A DNA stretch of 64,000 nt from Gemmatimonadales bacterium (GTDB lineage: Bacteria; Gemmatimonadota; Gemmatimonadetes; Gemmatimonadales; GWC2-71-9): contig JBBRBZ010000002.1 in NCBI GenBank assembly GCA_038205305.1, positions 2,500 through 66,499 on the forward strand, given 5' to 3'. Under the pieces are notes generated by a model. It did no database searches and had not been told where the DNA came from. It saw only the letters and a program-made list of their open reading frames with translations. The position numbers were made by a program, and so were the translations under genes. Of the stretch, positions 59,392 to 64,000 are shown one piece after another. The first letter of the stretch is position 1. Every line of letters starts with the position of its first letter.

Positions 59392-59586
59392 ATGTCGGAA
59401 GTAATCATCCATGATGATGAAAGCTTCGAGCGGGCGCTCAAGCGCTTCAAGAAGAAGTGTGAGAAGGCGGGCATCCTCTCCGATCTGCGCAAGCATCGGC
59501 ACTATGAAAAGCCGAGCGAGAAGCGCAAGCGGAAGATGAACGCGGCCCAACGCAAGACTCGTCGCGGACCGAAGTCGCATGTCTGA
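59392..59586 (+). CDS. rpsU: 30S ribosomal protein S21
   Basis: [39 protein letters not shown] is the canonical S21 sequence. Confidence 0.95.
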   Translation: MSEVIIHDDESFERALKRFKKKCEKAGILSDLRKHRHYEKPSEKRKRKMNAAQRKTRRGPKSHV

Positions 59587-60019
59587 CATCGCCGCTCGCC
59601 TGCGGAGTGACCAGATTGTCGCTCGCAAGGCCGCGGACAAGGACCGGACCCTGGTACTGGGGACGGTCCTTGCGTTTTTCAAGAATCGCGAGCTCGAGCT
59701 TGGTCGCGAATTCACCGACGCCGATGCCGTCGAGGTGCTGCGCAAGCAGCTGAAGCAGCGCGATGACTCGGTGGAGCAGTACACCAAGGCCAGTCGCCCG
59801 GACTTGGCCGCGAAGGAAACCTACGAAATTGGGGTCCTGCGCGGCTACCTGCCGCCCGAGGCCGATCCGGCCGAGATCCGTGCGGCGGCGGACGCGGCAG
59901 TTGCCGCCGGCGCTACCGACGTCGGCAAGCTGATGGGCGCGCTGATGGCCCAGTTCAAGGGCAAGGCGGATGGCAAGGTGGTCAACCAGATTGCTCGCGA
60001 GGCGCTCGCGCCCCAATGA
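59579..60019 (+). CDS. yqeY: GatB/YqeY domain protein
   Basis: 8-nt overlap with rps[36 protein letters not shown].., [22 protein letters not shown]. Confidence 0.85.
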   Translation: MSDIAARLRSDQIVARKAADKDRTLVLGTVLAFFKNRELELGREFTDADAVEVLRKQLKQRDDSVEQYTKASRPDLAAKETYEIGVLRGYLPPEADPAEIRAAADAAVAAGATDVGKLMGALMAQFKGKADGKVVNQIAREALAPQ

Positions 60020-62454
60020 GCGCGGCATCGATGGTCAGGCATGGGGTGCCGTCCCTTCAGGGGGACGGCACCCCGGCTCTTTTGGACCAGGCGACCTCCG
60101 CTGACGCCTTCGCGTCGCTCGAGCTGAATTCTGTGCTCGAGGTCGTGGCCGGATACGCGTCGGGTCCGCTCGGGGCCGAGGCGGTGCGATCCCGCCGACC
60201 AACCGACGATGACGAGTGGATCCGCCACGAGCTCCGTCTGGTCGGCGAGCTTCTCGCACTGCTGCGCCGGGGTGAGCGACTTGATGTTCCGCCGGTGCCC
60301 GCCCTGCGCGGCGCGCTCGGGCGGCTGCGGGTGGAAGGGAGTGTCCTCGAGATCGACGAACTCGCCGGCATCAAGTCCACCCTGTCCGCGGCACGCATCA
60401 TCGCGCAGGAACTCGAGCGCGCGCGCGAGGTGGCGCCGACGCTTGCCACCCTGCACGTCGCTCCCGCACCGCGCCCGATCGAGAAGATGCTGGAACTCTC
60501 CATTGGTGATGACGGCGAACTGCTCGACACGGCGAGTCCCGGACTCGCCGCCGCTCGACGCGAGGTGCATGCGGCACGTCAACGGTTGATCCGGCGTCTC
60601 GAGGGAATGCTGCGCGACCTCGACCCGGCCGCCGCGACCGGAAGCTCCGGGGTGACGCTTCGGGGTGGCCGCTACGTCATCCCGGTCCGCCGCGACGCTC
60701 GCCAGCGGCCTGACGGCATCATCCACGACGAATCGGCCAGCGCCGGCACCCTCTTCGTCGAACCCACCGTCGCAATCGAGCTCGGCAACGCGCTGCGCGA
60801 GGCGGTGATCAACGAGGAACGAGAGATTCTCGCCGCCCTTCGGGAGATCACCGCGAAGCTCCGGCCCGAGCGGGAATCGATCAAGGCGCTGCACGAAATG
60901 TCGGTCGAGGTGGATTCCATCCTGGCCCGTGCCCGTTGGGCGGTACAGGTGGACGGCGAGGTCCCGACCATCGGCCACGCGGGTGGGCCCCTCCGGCTCG
61001 TCGGGGCGCGGCATCCGTTGTTGCTGGCGCGTGGAGTGAAGGTGGTACCGTTCGACCTGCTGCTCGATGTCGGCGAGCGGACGCTGCTCATCTCCGGCCC
61101 CAACACCGGCGGCAAGACCGTGCTGCTGAAGGCGACTGGTCTGGTGATCGCGCTCGCGCAGTCGGGGATCGTCCCGCCGGTGGGCCCTGAGACCACGCTC
61201 CCCATCGTCCGGCGATTCTTTGCCGACATCGGTGACCATCAATCGCTCGCCGCTGACCTGTCGACCTTCTCCGCGCATGTGGCCGAGCTCCGCCGCATCC
61301 TGGCATCATCCGACGAGGCGACGCTGGTGCTGCTCGATGAAGTCGGTTCCGGCACCGATCCCGCCGAAGGCGGCGCGCTCGCGATGGCCGTGCTGGAATC
61401 GCTCACCACTCGCGGCACGCTCACCCTCGCCACAACGCACCTCGGCGCACTCAAGACACTCGCGACGACGGTGGCTGGCGTGGTGAATGGTTCGCTCGAA
61501 TTCGACTCCGCCACGCTCTCGCCGAGCTACCGCTTTACCAAGGGGATTCCCGGGCGCTCCTATGGGCTGGCCATCGCGCGACGGCTCGGCCTCGACGCCG
61601 GTGTCCTCGAGCGCGCGGAAGGGCTCGTTCCCGAAGGAGAGCGGGAGCTCGATCGTCTTCTGGCCAACGTCGAGGCACGGCGCCAAGCGTTGGCGGAGCA
61701 AGCCGCGGAGCACGTCGTGCGTCACGGTGAGTTGGAGCGTCGCGAGGCCGTTGCGACACAACTGGCCGAATCGCAGGCGCTGCGCCAAGCGGAGCTGGCT
61801 CGGCTGGAGAAGGAAGGCGAGCGCGACCGGGCTCGGCAGGCCAAGGCGTATCTTCTCGCGGCCCGAAAGACGGTCGAGGACGCTCTGGCACTGGCACAGG
61901 GTGCAGCCGACGTGGCTGCCGCACGCGAGGCACGTCGCTTGGTGGAGGACGGTGTGCGCGACGAATCGAGAAAACTCGCCGAGGACGAGGATCGTGGGAC
62001 CGAGGCCGCCGGCGGACTCACGGTGGGAGGGCGCGTTCGGCTCACTACCGGTGCCACGGGCGACCTGGTGGAACTCCGCGGTGACGGTCGTGCCGTGGTG
62101 ATGGTGGGGGCCATGCGATTGGTGGTGACGGCAAACTCCCTCGTCCCGCTCGACCGGGCCGCACAGAAGGCGAAGCCCACCGTACGAACCGCCGACGAGC
62201 CGGTGCGCGAAGCGGCGTGGGAGCTCGACCTGCGCGGCATGCGAGCCGATGAGGCCGAGTCACTGGTGCTCTCGGCGGTGGACGGCGCTGTGCTCGCCGA
62301 ACAACCGCACCTCGCCATCATCCATGGCATGGGCACCGGCGTCCTGCGGGATGTGGTCCGCCGGCTGCTGACCACCGACAAGCGCGTCGCCTCGTTCGAT
62401 TTCGCGCCGCGCCAGCAGGGCGGCACTGGCGTCACCATCGCGGTGCTTCGCTGA
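60016..62454 (+). CDS. mutS2: Endonuclease MutS2 (MutS domain V ATPase + C-terminal Smr)
   Basis: ATGA overlap. Walker A GPNTGGKTV, LVLLDEVGSGTDP, THLG, long coiled coil, and a Smr domain (LDLRGMRADEA.., IIHGMGTGVLR). Confidence 0.93.
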   Translation: MSAASMVRHGVPSLQGDGTPALLDQATSADAFASLELNSVLEVVAGYASGPLGAEAVRSRRPTDDDEWIRHELRLVGELLALLRRGERLDVPPVPALRGALGRLRVEGSVLEIDELAGIKSTLSAARIIAQELERAREVAPTLATLHVAPAPRPIEKMLELSIGDDGELLDTASPGLAAARREVHAARQRLIRRLEGMLRDLDPAAATGSSGVTLRGGRYVIPVRRDARQRPDGIIHDESASAGTLFVEPTVAIELGNALREAVINEEREILAALREITAKLRPERESIKALHEMSVEVDSILARARWAVQVDGEVPTIGHAGGPLRLVGARHPLLLARGVKVVPFDLLLDVGERTLLISGPNTGGKTVLLKATGLVIALAQSGIVPPVGPETTLPIVRRFFADIGDHQSLAADLSTFSAHVAELRRILASSDEATLVLLDEVGSGTDPAEGGALAMAVLESLTTRGTLTLATTHLGALKTLATTVAGVVNGSLEFDSATLSPSYRFTKGIPGRSYGLAIARRLGLDAGVLERAEGLVPEGERELDRLLANVEARRQALAEQAAEHVVRHGELERREAVATQLAESQALRQAELARLEKEGERDRARQAKAYLLAARKTVEDALALAQGAADVAAAREARRLVEDGVRDESRKLAEDEDRGTEAAGGLTVGGRVRLTTGATGDLVELRGDGRAVVMVGAMRLVVTANSLVPLDRAAQKAKPTVRTADEPVREAAWELDLRGMRADEAESLVLSAVDGAVLAEQPHLAIIHGMGTGVLRDVVRRLLTTDKRVASFDFAPRQQGGTGVTIAVLR

Positions 62455-64000
62455 TGGGACGGATTCCTGATGAAGTGATCGAGCGGATTCGCGACACCGC
62501 GGACCTGCTGGAGATCGTGCAGGAGAGCGTCCAGCTCAAGCGCACCGGCAGTGACTGGCGCGGGCCGTGTCCCTTTCACGGTGGCACCCATCGCAACTTC
62601 GCGGTAATCCCGAAGAAGAACTGCTTCTACTGTTTCGTCTGTCACGAGTCGGGCGATGTCTTCTCCTGGTACCGCAAGAAGTTCGGGATGGACTATCCCG
62701 ATGCGGTGCGTGAGGCCGCCAGACGGTATGGCATTCCGATACCGGAACAGAGCGAACGCAGCGGTCCCGACCCGCGCGAACCCCTCTATCAGGCGTGCGA
62801 CGTCGCCCAGCAATGGTTCGCAACACGTCTGCGCGAGGCACTCGACGCGGAGGCTGCGCGGCGCTACCTGATGGAACGCGGCATTCCGCTCGACGAGGCG
62901 GGGCAACTCGGACTGGGCTATGCCCCCCGTGGGCCTGAGTTCGGTGCGGCGATGATACAGCTCGGCATCAGCGAGGCGGTGCTCATCGAGGCGGCGCTGC
63001 TCCTCAAGCGTGATGACGGCACCCTTGCACCGCGTTTCCGGAATCGGCTGCTCTTCCCGATTCACGACTTGCGCGGACGAGTCGTGGGATTCGGCGGGCG
63101 CATCCTGGGGCCGGGTGAACCGAAGTACCTGAACTCTCCCGAGACGCCGATCTTCCACAAGGGCGAACAGCTCTATCATATGCATGTGGCCAAGAACGCC
63201 ATCCGGAAGGCGGAGTTCGCGATCATTGTCGAGGGCTATTTCGATGTCCAGCGTCTGGCGCTGGCGGGCATCGATCATGTGGTGGCGCCACTGGGCACCG
63301 CGCTCACCGAGGCACAGGCGACGCTGCTCAAGCGCTACACCACGGAGGCCGTGCTTCTCTTTGATAGCGACAAACCCGGGCTGCAGGCGACCTTCCGCAC
63401 CGCCGATATCCTGCTGGCGCACGGCATGCGGGTGCGGGTGGGGACGATGCCTCCCGGTGAGGATCCCGACACGCTGGTGCAGCGAGGTGGGGCGGCGGCG
63501 GTCGAGACGATCATCCGGGATGCGGTGGACGTCATCGAGCGAAAGCTGCAGGTGCTGGAGGAGCGCGGCTGGTTCAACGATGTCCACAAGGCCCGCGAGG
63601 CACTCGACCGGCTGCTCCCCACCGTGCGCGCCGCCAGTGACCCCCTGACCCGCGAGCTCTACATCTCCAGAGTGGCCGATCGGCTGGGGATCTCAAGGGA
63701 GTCGGTCTCGAATGAGGCGAATGCGCCAGCGCCTCGGCGCCCGTCACCGGCGCCCAGTCGCCCGGTGGAGCCAGCGCCCGCCCGCACCAAGCGCGCTGGA
63801 GGCCCCAGGGGGCGTGGGGCGGAGTTCGAGCGCCAATTGCTGCGCCTGCTGCTGCTCCAGCCGAGCTGGTTCGAGCGGGCTCGGGCCGAGGTGTCGGCGG
63901 AGCGCTTCCTGGTGCCTCAGTTCCGGACGATCTATGACACCCTCCTCGCATCGCCGCCCGGCACGCCCGCCGACGTGGCGCTCGACCGGCTCGATGATCG
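62454..64000 (+). CDS. dnaG: DNA primase DnaG (3' end outside the window)
   Basis: The ATG shares 1 nt with the mutS2 stop, and the frame is open to the window end, so it is absent from the ORF track. Zinc ribbon CPFHGGTHRNF..CFVCHESGDVF, RNRLLFPI, TOPRIM (IVEGYFDV.., LFDSDKPG). Confidence 0.9.
   Translation, partial: MGRIPDEVIERIRDTADLLEIVQESVQLKRTGSDWRGPCPFHGGTHRNFAVIPKKNCFYCFVCHESGDVFSWYRKKFGMDYPDAVREAARRYGIPIPEQSERSGPDPREPLYQACDVAQQWFATRLREALDAEAARRYLMERGIPLDEAGQLGLGYAPRGPEFGAAMIQLGISEAVLIEAALLLKRDDGTLAPRFRNRLLFPIHDLRGRVVGFGGRILGPGEPKYLNSPETPIFHKGEQLYHMHVAKNAIRKAEFAIIVEGYFDVQRLALAGIDHVVAPLGTALTEAQATLLKRYTTEAVLLFDSDKPGLQATFRTADILLAHGMRVRVGTMPPGEDPDTLVQRGGAAAVETIIRDAVDVIERKLQVLEERGWFNDVHKAREALDRLLPTVRAASDPLTRELYISRVADRLGISRESVSNEANAPAPRRPSPAPSRPVEPAPARTKRAGGPRGRGAEFERQLLRLLLLQPSWFERARAEVSAERFLVPQFRTIYDTLLASPPGTPADVALDRLDD

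Noticed and set aside
61722-63587. 621-aa minus-strand ORF opposite mutS2 and dnaG.
   Set aside because: It is a shadow ORF spanning a gene junction. Both plus-strand genes carry unambiguous motifs (Walker A, Smr, zinc ribbon, TOPRIM).

Overview
Dense, high-GC (roughly two-thirds G+C by eye) bacterial chromosomal core region. I call 61 protein-coding genes, 58 of them on the + strand, plus two tRNAs, three clear hairpin terminators and a few AT-rich promoter islands. Many neighbouring genes overlap by 1, 4 or 8 nt (ATGA/GTGA type), so most of the window reads as a few very long, translationally coupled arrays.

Content is mostly housekeeping:
- Stress and DNA repair: rel/spoT (partial), uvrB, ssb, recA-recX, rarA, dprA, mutS2, dnaG (partial).
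- Translation and RNA modification: tsaE-tsaB-rimI, alaS, cca, hflX, obg, prmA-rsmE, rpsU.
- Envelope and export: a complete Tol-Pal cluster (tolQ-tolR-tolA-tolB-pal-cpoB), tatA, ppiD, ftsK.
- Metabolism and chaperones: aroQ-pepP-efp-accB-(pilT)-accC, ispB, hemW-hrcA-dnaJ.
- Heptose/LPS-type genes: gmhA, a heptose kinase, two GT4 glycosyltransferases.

The gene set (GWxTD-like, DUF1080, TonB-type TolA) suggests a diderm outside Proteobacteria, possibly Gemmatimonadota-like. That is a guess I cannot verify here.

I saw no CRISPR array, transposase, integrase, prophage or recognisable defence or toxin-antitoxin module.

The most unusual object is a single 1181-codon ORF (12691-16236) directly after Tol-Pal. 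It joins a complete TatC, in frame and with no stop codon, to a full-length LptD-like outer-membrane protein through a segment that looks like a Sec signal peptide or seventh TM.

Secondary oddities:
- A PilT-type ATPase wedged with overlapping codons between accB and accC.
- A Firmicute-like hemW-hrcA-dnaJ-prmA-rsmE array lacking grpE-dnaK and any visible CIRCE element.
- An operator-like triple ATACT/AGTAT element and a GTTCTCC heptamer repeat in the recA leader.
- Several secreted or TPR hypothetical proteins.

All functional calls come from reading the translations. No database search was possible.
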